Below, in pieces: positions 26,545-39,051 of a DNA stretch of 64,000 nt (the first letter of the stretch is position 1; every line of letters starts with the position of its first letter). Origin of the DNA: Malacoraja senta (Eukaryota). Location: positions 8,682,001-8,746,000 of the forward strand of contig CM075990.1 in NCBI GenBank assembly GCA_038087875.1, read 5' to 3'. The position numbers and the translations under genes were made by a program. The notes under the pieces are model-generated. The model did no database searches. It worked only from the letters and a program-made list of their open reading frames with translations, and was not told where the DNA came from.

Positions 26545-27620
26545 GAAGGGATGGTACTCAGGGCCTGCTGCACCGTGGAAGGGATAATACTGAAGGAACT
26601 CAGCACTTTAGGAAGCGTGCTACCAGATAGCATTGCAATGTCTGACGGACAATACTAGGGCAGTGTTGTTCTGCTGTGGGACAGTACTGTTGAAGTCCAG
26701 CTTTTGAGGAGGGACAGTACTGAGGGAGTGTTGCACAGTAAAGGGCCTGTCCCACGGGCATGTGACTCCATGTGGCAAGCGCGACCTAACCGCAAGCGGG
26801 GGCCGTGCTGGGGCCGCGCGGAGGTCGTGGGGCCGGTCCCACTTCGATCGCCGGAGCCATATGGAGTTGTGCGGAGCTGGGCTCCAAAAAACTGACACTG
26901 TTCAAAAATTCCGTGCGGCAACAGCCTGCCACCCCGCAGCCGCATCGAGGCCGTGCGCACCACCTCTACGCCGTACGCACCGTCTTGACGTCACTCGACC
27001 TCCGCGCGGCCCCTGCTTCCGGGTTGGTTGCGCTTGCCGCATGCTAGTGGGACCGGCCCTGTACGGGGATCACTCGACCTCCGCGCGGCACCCGCTTGCG
27101 GTTAGGTCGCGCTTGACGCATGGAGTCGCATGCCCGTGGGACAGGCCCTTAAGAGGGGCACTTCTGAGGGGGTGCTGCATTGTATAAGGGGGAAACCAGG
27201 GGAGCACTACATTGTAGGTGAGGCAGTACTAAGGGAGTACTACATTGTAGGTGAGGCAGTAATGATGGAGTGCTGTACTGCCAGAGGAAGTGTGCAGGAA
27301 GGAACTGCAGATGCTGGTTTTACACCGAAGATCGACACAAAATATTGGAGTAACAGCGGGTCAGGCAGCATCTCTGGAGAAAAGGAATAGGTGACGTTTC
27401 AGGTCGAGACCCTTCTTCAGACCAAGAGTCAATCTATCAGAGGAAGTGCTGAACTGTCAGAGAGGCATTACTGAAGGAATGCTGCACTGTCAGAGGGGCA
27501 GTATTAAGCCAGTGCTGTGCTGTAAAGAGTGGCAGTACTGAAGGATTGCTACATTGTCATCGGGATAATATTAAAGGAGTAACGTTCTATCAAGTGAGAA
27601 ATACTGAAAGGTTGCGGCAG
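26545..27620 (+). repeat. Degenerate ~33-bp minisatellite (CAGTACTGAGGGAGTGCTGCACTGTCAGAGGGG-like), interrupted by a MITE and a Penelope-derived repeat
   Basis: Recurrent CAGTA(C/T)T.AGGGAGT.CT.CA(C/T)TGT units at about 33-nt spacing. Confidence 0.75.
26742..27149. mobile_element. PIF/Harbinger-type MITE, copy B
   Basis: TIR begins AGGGCCTGTCCCACGGGCATG.GACTCCATG and extends imperfectly to about 100 bp. TAA TSD (26739-26741, 27150-27152). Confidence 0.88.
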
Positions 27621-28882
27621 TGAAAGAAGGACAATCTCAACAGAAATCATCGATGAGTAGTTCTTTCTCGCTCCTTCCAATCGATATCATGCATTCTATT
27701 TGTACTGAAGGAAGGACGTTTTGAACAGACATATGGTTTTGTATTTGATAACTGGAACGTCTGAATTCAGTTTTCCCACTGCAATCTGTAGATCTTGAAA
27801 TCAAGTCCTAGTTTTACCTAATCATGATTCCTCTTGTGCTGTGCCCAGTAAATTCCTCAAAGCTGTTCCCATTGGGGTTATTTTTAGGGTGCTTGGAGCT
27901 GGAGCTGTTTTGGGGGTTTAGCAGAGGAAGAGGGCAGGGGACGGGTGGGGATTGATATAGGGTTTTGTGATTTGGAGGACTGGGGTGAAGGTTAGCTGGG
28001 GCTGGGATATGTAGGTGAGGGGTGTTCATAATGTCATAAGTGATAAGGTCATAAGAATTAGGCCATTCGGCCCATCAAGAATACTCCGCCATTCAATCAT
28101 GGCTGATCTGATCTATACCATGCAAGACCAATAGAGGCATGGAAGTACATTTATTGGGGCATGAATAAGCAATCCCATCGTTGTGCATAAGTTCATCAGA
28201 GATAGGAGCAGAATTAGCCCATTCGGCCCATCATGTCTACTCCACCATTCAATCATGACTGATCTATCTCCCCCTGCTAACCCCATTCTCCTGCCTTCTT
28301 GCCATAACCTCTGACACCCGTACTAATCAAGAATCTATCACTGCCTTAAAAATATCCATTGACGGCCTCCACAGCCTTCTGTGGCAAAGAATAGAAAGAT
28401 TAAACGAGAACTTACCGTTTGAAGTTTGATCTTTATTTTATGAGAAGTTGAAGTGAGGGAATACGTGAAGAGCCCGCCAGCCCCCATGCGCGTCAATCTT
28501 CAGGGCAACTGTATGAAACCACAGACCAGTTGCAGAACTTAAACTATAGAAAGACTAACGAGACTAGAGTTACCGGATGATCTTTTATGAGAATCAGGGT
28601 TGGGAGTGGAGGGCACGTATTCCCTCACTTCAACTTCTCATAAAATAAAGATCAAACTTCAAACGGTAAGTTCTCGTTTAATCTTTCTATTTTATTTCGA
28701 AGTCACGAGAGTGACTACGTGAAGCCTTCAAAGCTATGTGGTTTTATGCAGTAACCCAATCTGTGTGTGAAACACTTAAACAGATAAAACCATAAATGGT
28801 AAAAAGACATGGGTTATTAACAACATGATGCTAACTTGCATACATGGCCATTGCTCTTAATTGGACCATAGTCCCTATAGAC

Positions 28883-31187
28883 CAGTGGTTCTCAACCTTG
28901 TTTGCCCCATGCACCTCTTTCACCATATGTCAGAATGTCATTCCCCCCCTCCTTTCCAAGATTGTCTGCCTCAAAAAGTGCATTCCAAATAATATGCATA
29001 TAATACTGAAAATCCTTTATTTTTTCCATATTAGTACATATACATTTACAATTTTACATGGATTATTTTTATAGTGGAGTTTTACAAATTAAATGCCAAT
29101 TGAAAATGTTGATGGATTTATAAAACTTGAATAAAAGTAAAATAGTTTTTTTAATATTTATAATGAATTACTTAACAGACCAAACTGAAGCATAATGCAA
29201 TAAACAAAAAGTTCAATAGAATACCAGGATATTGTAAATTTGTAATTAATTTTATTCAGATGAAGATTACAGTCAATGAGAAACCTGTGATTGTTTTTTC
29301 TTCGCCAATTCTGGCATACGCGGAGGAGTGCTTGAAAGGGCACAACACAGGTCATTTTCTACCTCTAATCTACTACGTTGCTTCGTTTTAATTTGCAACA
29401 GAGTTGAAAAGCCTGACTCACAAAGATATGTCGACACAAACGGAAGCAATGCACGGATAGCTCTTTCTGCCACTTTTGGGTAGGAATCGCACATCAAGGG
29501 CCAAAATTCTGTGATTGATTTCTCAACGAACATATCTCTTGCTCCCGAATCAGTTTTCAGCTCCAGAAATTCATCTTGACAATCATCAGGAACTTTTTCA
29601 ACTGACAATTTGAATGGATTTCGCACTAAATCCAACTCATCATCACTGAGTTCAGGAAAATATCGGCTGAATTCATTTTCCAGTGTTGTCAAATGCTGCA
29701 AAATTTCATTTTTTGCAAATTGTGGAAGCACCTTGTCTTCACCACCAACAACAAGAACGGATGACATTTTCTCAAACATTGCAACATTTTTTATATTGAC
29801 CTTTCTTTTCCAATTTTCCAGCTTGCTCATGAAAGCTTTCAAGGCATCCATGAATTTTATGATGTTTGTATTCCTTCCTTGCATCTGAAGATTCAGTTTA
29901 TTCAGCTGCTCAAAAATATCAACCAAATAGGCAAGGCGCATGATCCATTCCTCATCATCCAGCCAGGCAAAAAATACCATCTTACCCTGAACTTCAAAAA
30001 ATAATTTGAGCTCATCTCTAGTCTAACCTCAAATATTCGCTCAGTTACATTTCCTCTTGACAGCCATCGAACATTTGTGTGGAAAAGAATGATGTTCTGC
30101 ATCCATGATGGGCTGCATCCATGTCGGTACATAACTGCTTAAAAAGTTGTGAGTTGAGAGCTCCTCCTTTGACAAAATTCACAATTTGAATTGTTTGATC
30201 CAAAACCTTCCCTAGCGGAGCTGGAAGTGTTTTTGAGGCCAGTGCCTGACGATGGATCATACAATGAATGCCTTTCACTTTTGGAGCTTGCTTTTTCGCA
30301 CAAACTTGAAATCCTGATTTTGTCCCCAACATAGCTGGTGCTCCATCTGTACAGCACCCACAGATATTATCCCACAAAAGATTTTCTGATTCAAAGAAAG
30401 ATGAAACCTTTTCCAAAATATCCGAGGCCTAGGTAGTTGTTTCAAGAGGAGAACAAAAGAGAAACTCCTCTTTAAATGAACCTGTGAACATACCTTGCTA
30501 ACACCATCAACTGGGAACACGATGCCTCACGATGATGAAGTCGATTCATCAAGTTGAATTGAAAATAAGCCAAATGCTGAAGACTTGATCTCCTGCACAA
30601 CTTGATCCTTGATGTCAATGGCCATATCGCTGATCCTCCTTTGAACAGTACTGTTTGATAGTGGAACCGCTGCAAGTTTTTTCTCCAATCCATTTCCCAA
30701 CACAATTTCCACCATTTTGAGAGAGCAAGGTTTGATCAAATATTCCCCAAATTGTATGTGGTTTTTTCTGCTTTGCTATCTCCAGTGCTACGACATAAGA
30801 AGCTTCAGTAACCTTTTGGTTTGTTTCTGGTGGGGGTACTCGTGACAGGAGGCTAGGTCTAGGACTCTAAGCAAAGCGTAAGCTTTCGTAAGGGTACTTG
30901 CAGACGGACCACTCGGTGGCGCCTATGTCTTTCCTTTGTGGCAGCCCTGTCTATGGGTAATCTATTTTGATCCTTACAGTTCAGGAGCTTGTGGTGAACG
31001 GTTTGATAGGCTGCTTGCAGCAGGTAACCGATGCATACGGAATTTTGTGCCGCCCTGAGGAGCTCAAAGGCAATAAAAAGATCAACATTCTAACAGTTTG
31101 AGTTTGCTAATCTGTGGTCCCAATTCCCCCCCCTGAAAACCTGAAATCCCCCCCTAGGGGGAATTCCCCCCCTGGTTGAGACCCCTG
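28883..31187 (-). mobile_element. hAT DNA transposon, Buster/Charlie subgroup, internally deleted
   Basis: TIRs CAGTGGTTCTCAACC and (reverse complement) CAGGGGTCTCAACC. 8-bp TSD CTATAGAC (28875-28882) / CTTTAGAC (31188-31195) with the central TA typical of Buster targets. Confidence 0.93.
29273..30830 (-). pseudogene. Frameshifted Buster-type hAT transposase (ZBED5/ZBED8/SCAND3-like family); N-terminus missing
   Basis: Motifs across several frames: FSIQLDEST, TDGAPAM, HCMIHRQAL, VRWLSRG, STYLCESGFS, KKKQSQVSH*. Confidence 0.9.
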
Positions 31188-33467
31188 CTTTAGACAATAA
31201 CTCATGCAACCCTGTTCAGAATTCTATCTGCAAATATCCAGACATATTCAACCAAATTTTATAACTTCTGAACACGCAATATGTAAGCCTCTTGCTGTAT
31301 GATGAAAGGGAAATATCCATTCTATTGGCTGCTAATGAGTCATCAGAAATCTCTTAAGAGAGTATTAACTAACAATGAAGAAACTATCTTTTATCTCATA
31401 GGTACCAGCAAGCTCAGTGTACCTGTATACAGAATAATACCCCCAATCTCTGATCTGGTGGGTATGCTGTTAACTCCAAATGTACGCAACCATGCCCGTT
31501 TTGCTTTATGAGATAATTCCCATAACAAGCTACCCTAATGTCAGTTATGACCCAGACACCGCCGCGCCATGCGTCGACGTATTAACATGCATGCGGGCTG
31601 GCGGGTTCTTCACGTAGTCACTCATGTGACTTCGAAATAAAATTCTACAGATTCACCAACCTCCGACTAAAGGAATTTCTCCTCATCTCCTTCCTAAAAG
31701 AACGTCCTTTAATTCTCAGGCTATGACCTCTAATCCTAGACTCTCCTGCCTGGATATTTTTGGCTGGGACTGACAATCATTCTCATTGAGGAATGGAATC
31801 AGGCAGGCCTCGTGCTCATGGTGAATGCTCAGTGATCTCTGCTGGATGCCTGAGATAGCCATGTACCCTGTCAACTCAAATTGCAAGGATTACAACTAAG
31901 CATAGGTCCATGAGACCTGGGGGAGATATTATGGCCTGTAGAACGTAAGGTAAAAAGTCAAGGACAAGAAATTCCATATTAAAGCTTAATCTCTTTAATT
32001 AAGATAGTTCTGTCTTGGGGTCACTACCCGGTGGAAATTAATACATCACGCTTGTTGCCCTATACATCTGGTGAAGCGGAGCAATAAAAGACCCGGTGCA
32101 CCTTTGAACCATTATACGATCAGAACCATGCATGAAGCCCTAATCGCCTGTGATAAAGTTGTAATGTATAAGGTCAATGTGCCCACTTGTCCACTTCTCC
32201 ACCAGTCCATGGCAACCGTTTAAGTTTGCCACTTACAGAAAGTTTAACGGCAGTGCAGACAAAAGCAGGGAACTACAAAAATACATTGATTGATTCGCTG
32301 AGTGAGCGAGTGAGAAAAGCTGCAGCAAATGGTTTGAACTGAGGTGTGTTTGAGATTCATTCTGGAGCAAAAGAGGATTGATCTGAGTATTGCTAAGTGC
32401 ATAGCAGGGGAAGAAGCTTAGGGGTAATTGAACACAAACAAACATATATAGTGTTTAGATGCAAGAAGCAATTAAAAAAGTTAATGGATTGTCAACCTTT
32501 ATAAACCAATGTTGGATCTCATCTGAAATGCAGTGCAGATTCACCAGAATGTTGGCAGGCTCTTTAAGGTGCAATGATTGAGAGAATGCATAAACTAGAT
32601 TTGCATTTTCTAGAATCTAAAAGGCAAAGAGGTGATTTCATAGAGGTTTCATGATAATGGAAGCAATTTATTGCGAGGGAAAGAGAAACGTTTAATGCTA
32701 GTGTGGAGAAATCAGTCATATAGAGAAAAATAGCAAGTATTTAATTTCAAATAAGTAACTTGAATTGCAGAGTTTCTGCAAACAATGTGATGTATATGAT
32801 GATAATTTTCGAAGAGGAAGGATTCCTATTCCTGTTCCTTCCTATTTGAAAATTATATTGTATATTTGCATTCTTATCAATCTCTTTTTCCCAAGTCTCG
32901 CTGTCTTTATGAATTATTTTCTCCATTCTTTCTTTGCCTTTTTGTTAGCCCCATTCCATTTCTCTCTCTCTCTGACACGATTCTTCCTTCACTCTCTCCA
33001 TCTCTTTTTCATTCTTTCACCTCTATTAATTCATGCAGTATAATGTAGATACATGTGAGGTTATCCACTGTAGCGGAAAGAACAAGGAGGCAGATTATTA
33101 TCTCAATGGTGTCAGATTAGGAAAAAAGGAAGTGCAATGAGACCTGGATGTCCTTGTACACCAGTCACTGAAAGTAAACATGCAGGTACAGCAAGCAGTG
33201 AAGAAAGCTAATGGCATGCTGGCCTTCGTAACGAGAGGATTTGAGTATAGGAGTAAAGAGGTCCTTCTGCAGTTGTACAGGGTCCTGGTGAGACCACACC
33301 TGGAGCATTGTGTGCAGTTTTGGTCTCCTAATTTGAGGAAGGACATCCTTGCGATTGAGGCAGTGCAGCGTAGGTTCACAAGGTTAATCGCTGGGATGGG
33401 GGGACTGTCATATGAGGAAAGATTGGAAAGACTGGGCTTGTACTCACTGGAATTTAGAAGGATGAGG

Positions 33468-33882
33468 ATGTTTTGACCCGGGCGCCGTCGCACTCAAAGT
33501 CCGGCACCCGGGCCAAAACTCCTCAGCTGGCCTGCCGGCTGGGCTTTGTGTTCTGCTACACGCAAAGTCCGGCACCCCATCCAACTCATGAACCGATGAT
33601 CGGCCATGAGAAGGAGGGGTGGTGGTGTCGGCGCTAAGCGAAGGTCCGATGGTCGGGCTGCCGACCGATGGGGCCACGGGTGAGGGGCAGCTGCTGTACT
33701 CCATCGGCTGCACTACATCGGGACGGGTGAGGCAGGGCCAGACACGGCGCTCTGACCCAACAGTTCCCTCGACCCAAGTAGTAGCAGTCAAATACGAGAC
33801 AAGGGTGGTACCCGTACGGGACAAACCAATTTAGCCCAATATACGTGATGTCCCGGCTAATACGGGACAGTTTGCAACCCTA
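33468..33882. mobile_element. One end of a GC-rich non-autonomous hAT-like element fused to a 3'-truncated CR1
   Basis: Ends in ...ACGGGACAGTTTGCAACCCTA (TAGGGTTGC-type hAT terminus) with subterminal CGGGAC repeats. No matching left TIR seen. Confidence 0.5.
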
Positions 33883-36800
33883 GCTGTATGGGTTTTGTGT
33901 CAGGACGTTGGAGTCAGATCATGCTTGTTCAGAAGCAGGTGGTCGCATTCTCCAGTGAAAGCTCTGAAATAAGAACATAAGAAATGGGAGCAGGAGTAGG
34001 TCACCCAGCCCTTTTATCAATATCATGACTGATCTACAACTGCAACAATTTCCAGTACTAACACCACGTCCCTTGATACTTTTAACATCTAGAAATCTAT
34101 CATTCTCTGCTTATTAACTGAGCTAGCAGAACCTTCAGGCCTGGAAAGTTCTGAAGGTGGACTACCTTCTGAGTGGAGAGACTTTTAACTATCTGAGTCC
34201 TAAATGGTCTATCCCACATTCTGCGCTGGAACTGATGTCCTCAGTCAGGGCAAAAATTCCTCCCGACATACAGCCGATACAAATTTTCAATTTCAGTAAA
34301 TTAGAATGATATAAGGACTAATCAGGAGGAAATTTGAAACAGAGCACTTCAAGATCCCTGTTGTGTTTTGAAAATAGTTGTTAATCCAAAGGAATTTGGT
34401 ACAGGTGCAATGGGTGTTTATATAAGAACCATATCAAGTAGGAAGGAGTACAGGGAGGATTTACGAGTATGTTGCCAGGACTAGAGGGTACGAGCTATAG
34501 GGAAAGGTTGAGTCAGCTGGAACTCTATTCCTTGGAGCGCAGGAGGATGAGGGGTGATCTTATAGAGGTGTATAAAATCATGAGAGGAATAGATCGGGTG
34601 GATGCACAGAGTCGCTTGCCCAGAGTAGGTGAATCGTGGACCAGAACTCACAGGTTTAAGTTGAAGGGGAAAAGATTGAATAGGAATCTGAGGGGTAAAT
34701 TTTTCACACAAAGGGTGGTGGGTGAATAGGCTGCCGGAGGAGACAGTTGAGGCAGGGACTATCCCAATATTTAAGAAACAGTTAGACCGGTACATGGATA
34801 GGTCAGGTTTGGAGGGATATGGACCAAACGCAGGCAGGTGGGATTAGTGTAGCTGGGACATGTTGGCCGGTGTGGGCAAGTTGGGCCGAAAGGCCTGTTT
34901 CCACATTGTATCACTATGACTCTATGACTCTATCTATTGTAATGTTAACACTAATATTATGCTAACTAATTCAGAGTGAACATTGTGTATCTTGTTCCCC
35001 TGAGTATGAACAATAATCATGAGCTAGACACCAAAGGAGAGGAATAATAATTGCTCTGTCACTTACTTCTCGTTTGTTATTTTTATTCTGGGATGATTGA
35101 CAACCTACAAAGTAAGATTAAGGTTTTTTGCCAAGAGGCTTCATTCACAATTCTGTCTGAAGCCCGATCCATTCTTTGCCAATATTTGGCCAAGAATTTG
35201 AAAACCCTTAAATCTCCATGTAAACAAGGAAAGCAAGGCAGGTAAATATATACAAACATCAGTGGAGCAGGAATGGGAAATTCATAAAAACAACATCAAT
35301 TTTTGGACCGTGTGATGCACATGACTCTTGCACGTCAATTAGCTGTTCCCAATGGAGGTTTTTTTTAGATATAAAGGAGCTAGTGTGCATATTGTTCCTT
35401 GCTGTTGGTGACTATGGTGCACCATCGTCCTATAAGAAGACCAGATTGCCTGTCCATCCATTAATCCATAAATGTAACTTTTATAATTTAGAATTTTTTT
35501 AAGGAATGTAAAAAATTCTATAAATATTGACATGTAACTTTTTAGCGATGTCGGTGCACCATACCGATATGTACCATCACAAACAAACATGGCCCGCCGT
35601 GGATACAATTTTAGTATTAGAATTAAATTCACATCTGAGACTTGATTTAATCTGTCGTCCTTCCCTCTGCATGTCCAACAGGGTATGTAGTCTCACCACG
35701 ATTCCTCTTCGAAACAGAGAAAGTGATTCAGTATTTCAGTTTTTCAGAGAAAGTGTTCATCAACATTCTTCAGTGTCTCATATGTTCTTTCCCTCCTGAG
35801 CAGGATTTATAACAAGGCAACCAGCTTGAACCCTTTGATTGCTTTCACCACCTCCCATAAGAATCCCAGCCATCATTACAGCTGTATCTTTAGCCATCTT
35901 CCTGTCCAACCTGTATCATTATTAAAACAGATTGTGTTCAATTTAGTTGCTGTGTTTCGTGCACCACAACATCTCAGTGTCTACTCTATTGATCACATGC
36001 ACTTTGGGATATCTTAGAGTCACGAAAAGAATGACCCATTTAGGGGGCAACATGGTGGCGCAGCGGTAGAGTTGCTGCCTTACCGTGCCAGTGATCCAGG
36101 TTCGATCCTGACAACGGGTGCTGTCTGTACAGAGTTTGTACGTTCTCCCCATGACCACATGCTCTTCCTCTGGTGCTCCGGTTTCCTTCCACACTCCAAA
36201 GACGTACAGGTTTGTAGATTAATTGGGTTCATTAAACGATTGTAAATTTTCCCTGGTGTGTCGGATCATGCTAGTGTATGGTGATAGCTGGTGGGCGCGG
36301 ATTTGATGGGCCAAAAGGGCTGTTTCCGAGCTGTATCTCTAAATTAAACTAAACAAACTTGTAAATTGAAGTAGCTTTTGATTCCAACTTGCCAAGAGGT
36401 TACTAAACAGTAGCTGATGCATTTATTCAAGTAGTTGTTTCCTCGTGCAGTCAGTTAGTGATGGTCGCAAAGCTTGGAACTGATCCTGATCATGACTACT
36501 GGTGGCAAGCTCAGAACAATGACCCTGGCCATGGACTCTTGAATCTGCCGCTGGTCAATAGTCCTGCTCTGTCTCCGGTCAGCTGTAGCAACTCTCTCCT
36601 GCTATTTCAATACTTCCATTCAATCCCGAGTTCAATGATGTGGAATGCACTTTAATATCTCCAAATCACATGCAAAACTCAAACATCAGAGAAGTGCATG
36701 TAAACTTTCTACATGAATCAGAATTTGAAAACTCTTCCACAATGCACCACTCTGGATTGTGAGAATTGTCAGCAACAGGTTATTTTCCTTGAGTCGCAAA

Positions 36801-39051
36801 CATCTTTAAAGTTCAGGCAAACTAAATTTATTTTACAAATGAGGTCTGGCTGTGCAGAGTAAGGTGTGATCCAAAGTCACCAGGCTGTGATGTTGATACT
36901 TGCACTAAGGAGTTGAGAAACGACCACATGGGTCCCGACTCGAAACATCACCCATCCATGTTCTCCAGAGATGCTCCTGACCCGCTGAGTTGCTCCAGCA
37001 CTCTTGTGTGTTTATTTATAAAGCACCATCTGTAGTTCCTTGTGACCACATTACAAAGTGTGACATGCACTTTGTGGTGGAATTCATTATAGCCATTGAA
37101 CACCTCATTCCATTCCCTCTGAAAGTCTGGTGGTTTTGGAGAACCTGCTTGATGATCTTGCCTTAAGTCCGTTCTTGCTTATATTCTGCCAGTCCTGATG
37201 ACGACTCATCTTGGAGACTGGTGCAATTTTGCAAAGCTAGCTATCCTGCATCCAACACTGATTCCATTGCCATTTAGCCAGAACTTTGTTAAAAATGAAT
37301 CTTCTTGTCATGTCTCACTGAGTTTTCTAAATGCCCCTGAAAAAAAGATTGTTTAAAATTCCTCACCCAGTTTCACTGGCTCTTCCTTTCTGCCCCTGGA
37401 GGTCAATGATGTTCTTACCTTAGTTATTGATCTGAAGACTATCTTAGATGACCCAAAATCGATGAGTTAGCCAGCACATTAGCTGTGCGATTGAAAGGTT
37501 AGAAGCCAGATGCCATTATCATACCGATATAACTAATCTCATGATAATAGATGCCGTTGCTGAGAAGCAATATACAGATGAGGAAAAGGAATAACCAAGG
37601 AGCAAACAGCTTCTCAGGTGAAACAATAGCAAAGCTGTTAAGTGGGTTTTTCTGGATTTCGCAGCAGTGATACAAACGGAATAGGGAGCTATGTGCCGTA
37701 CAAGCCTGGCCATTGAACGATGCAGTATCTTCTCACTAAAGGACATCCAGTCACTTTAATTTGCCTCACAGCACCCCTGGGACCCGCGTTTCATCCTGAC
37801 CTCATGTGCCACCTGTGTGGATTTTGCATGTTCTCCCTGTGGCTACGTGGGATATCTCTGGGTGCTAAGGAATGGATGATAAAGTGGGATAACATAAAAT
37901 AGTTGGTCTGGTCTCGCTGGGCCAAATAACCTGTTTCTATACTGTATCTCTAAATTAAACTAAACTGGCCTAAACACAAGGGGAATTAATTTCAGAAATA
38001 AAATAATTCTATGCTTGGCCTAAGTTACTGAATTGGTTTCTTTCCATCAGTAATACATTTAAATCAGTCAGTTAAGATATTGTTTCTGTGACAATGGCTT
38101 TAGTAGAGCCCAGAGTGATTAATGCACTCAGTATACCGACAGTTTGCTTCTTTGAGATATTAGTAAAAAATCCTGTTTTAGCATTGCTGGTGAGATTTCT
38201 GCTCGATTGCTGGACTGTGACACAAACACAGTTTATGCAAAAAAAATCTTCTTTCACATTGACTCAGGAAGATCAAAGTCATCGTTCCTGACACAGTTCC
38301 TGAATGCCCCCACCCTGTCCATTGCTGCCCCCTCCCTGCCCACTGTCTGGGGATGAATTGGTCACTTTTGTGTTGCACCTCAAGCTGAACAGTAGCCTCC
38401 AAAACAAGGTACACATGTGGAACAATAACATTCCAGTAGTCTGCCACTCCTGCTAATCAGGCAACTAACATCCTTTAATCCAGAACGTGAGCCACAGATC
38501 CAGTTGGGGGTAGGAGGTTTTGTTTTTAGTTTAGTTTAGAGATACAGCGTGGAAACAGGCCTTTCGGCCCACCGAGTCCACTCTGACCAGCGATCCCCGT
38601 ACACTAACACTACCCTACACGCATTAGAGACAATTTTACATTTGTACCAAGCCAATTAACTTACAAACCTGTAAGTCTTTGGAGTGTGGGAGGAAACCGA
38701 AGATCTCGTAGAACACCCAAGCGGGTCACAGGGAAAACGTACAAATTCCGTACAGACAAGCACCCATGGTTAGGATCGAACCCGGGTCTCTGGCGCTGTA
38801 AGGTAGTGGCTCTATCAGCCTGCATGAGGGGGGGTTTTGGAGTACAGCCAGGACAAAGGTACCATCGAAGTGGTAATCACCGGGGTTATATACAGATACT
38901 TTTGTAATGTTTAAGAAACAGTTAATGTAGATGGGTATATGGATAGGACAGGTTTAGAGGGGAACGGTATAAAAGCCCTGCATTCATCACACCTGCTCCT
39001 GTGTGGCCGCCACATTGAGATTAATCAAACAATGTCAACTTTTAGATTGTA

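Larger units (their letters stand above)
28390..31643 (-). mobile_element. Non-autonomous DIRS1-type (tyrosine recombinase) retrotransposon, ~0.95 kb excluding the nested hAT
   Basis: Imperfect inverted terminal repeats (about 28462-28497 vs 31581-31616). ICR 28614-28724 is complementary to both termini (28390-28467 and 31608-31643). Only AAT is shared at the two junctions. Confidence 0.82.
28190..31748 (-). mobile_element. CR1 LINE 3' fragment split by the DIRS-like insertion (LINE parts 28190-28392 and 31641-31748)
   Basis: ...TTCTGTGGCAAAGAAT | TCTACAGATTCACC... rejoins into the CR1 sequence seen intact at other copies (e.g. about 11360-11390, 48408-48440). Confidence 0.85.

Noticed and set aside
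29273..29980. Domesticated ZBED5/ZBED8-like host gene
   Set aside because: Multiple frameshifts, missing N-terminus, and intact TIRs and TSD indicate a decayed transposon.
36044..36125. tRNA gene
   Set aside because: The A/B-box-like sequence is the head of a SINE and continues into SINE core and tail; no full cloverleaf.
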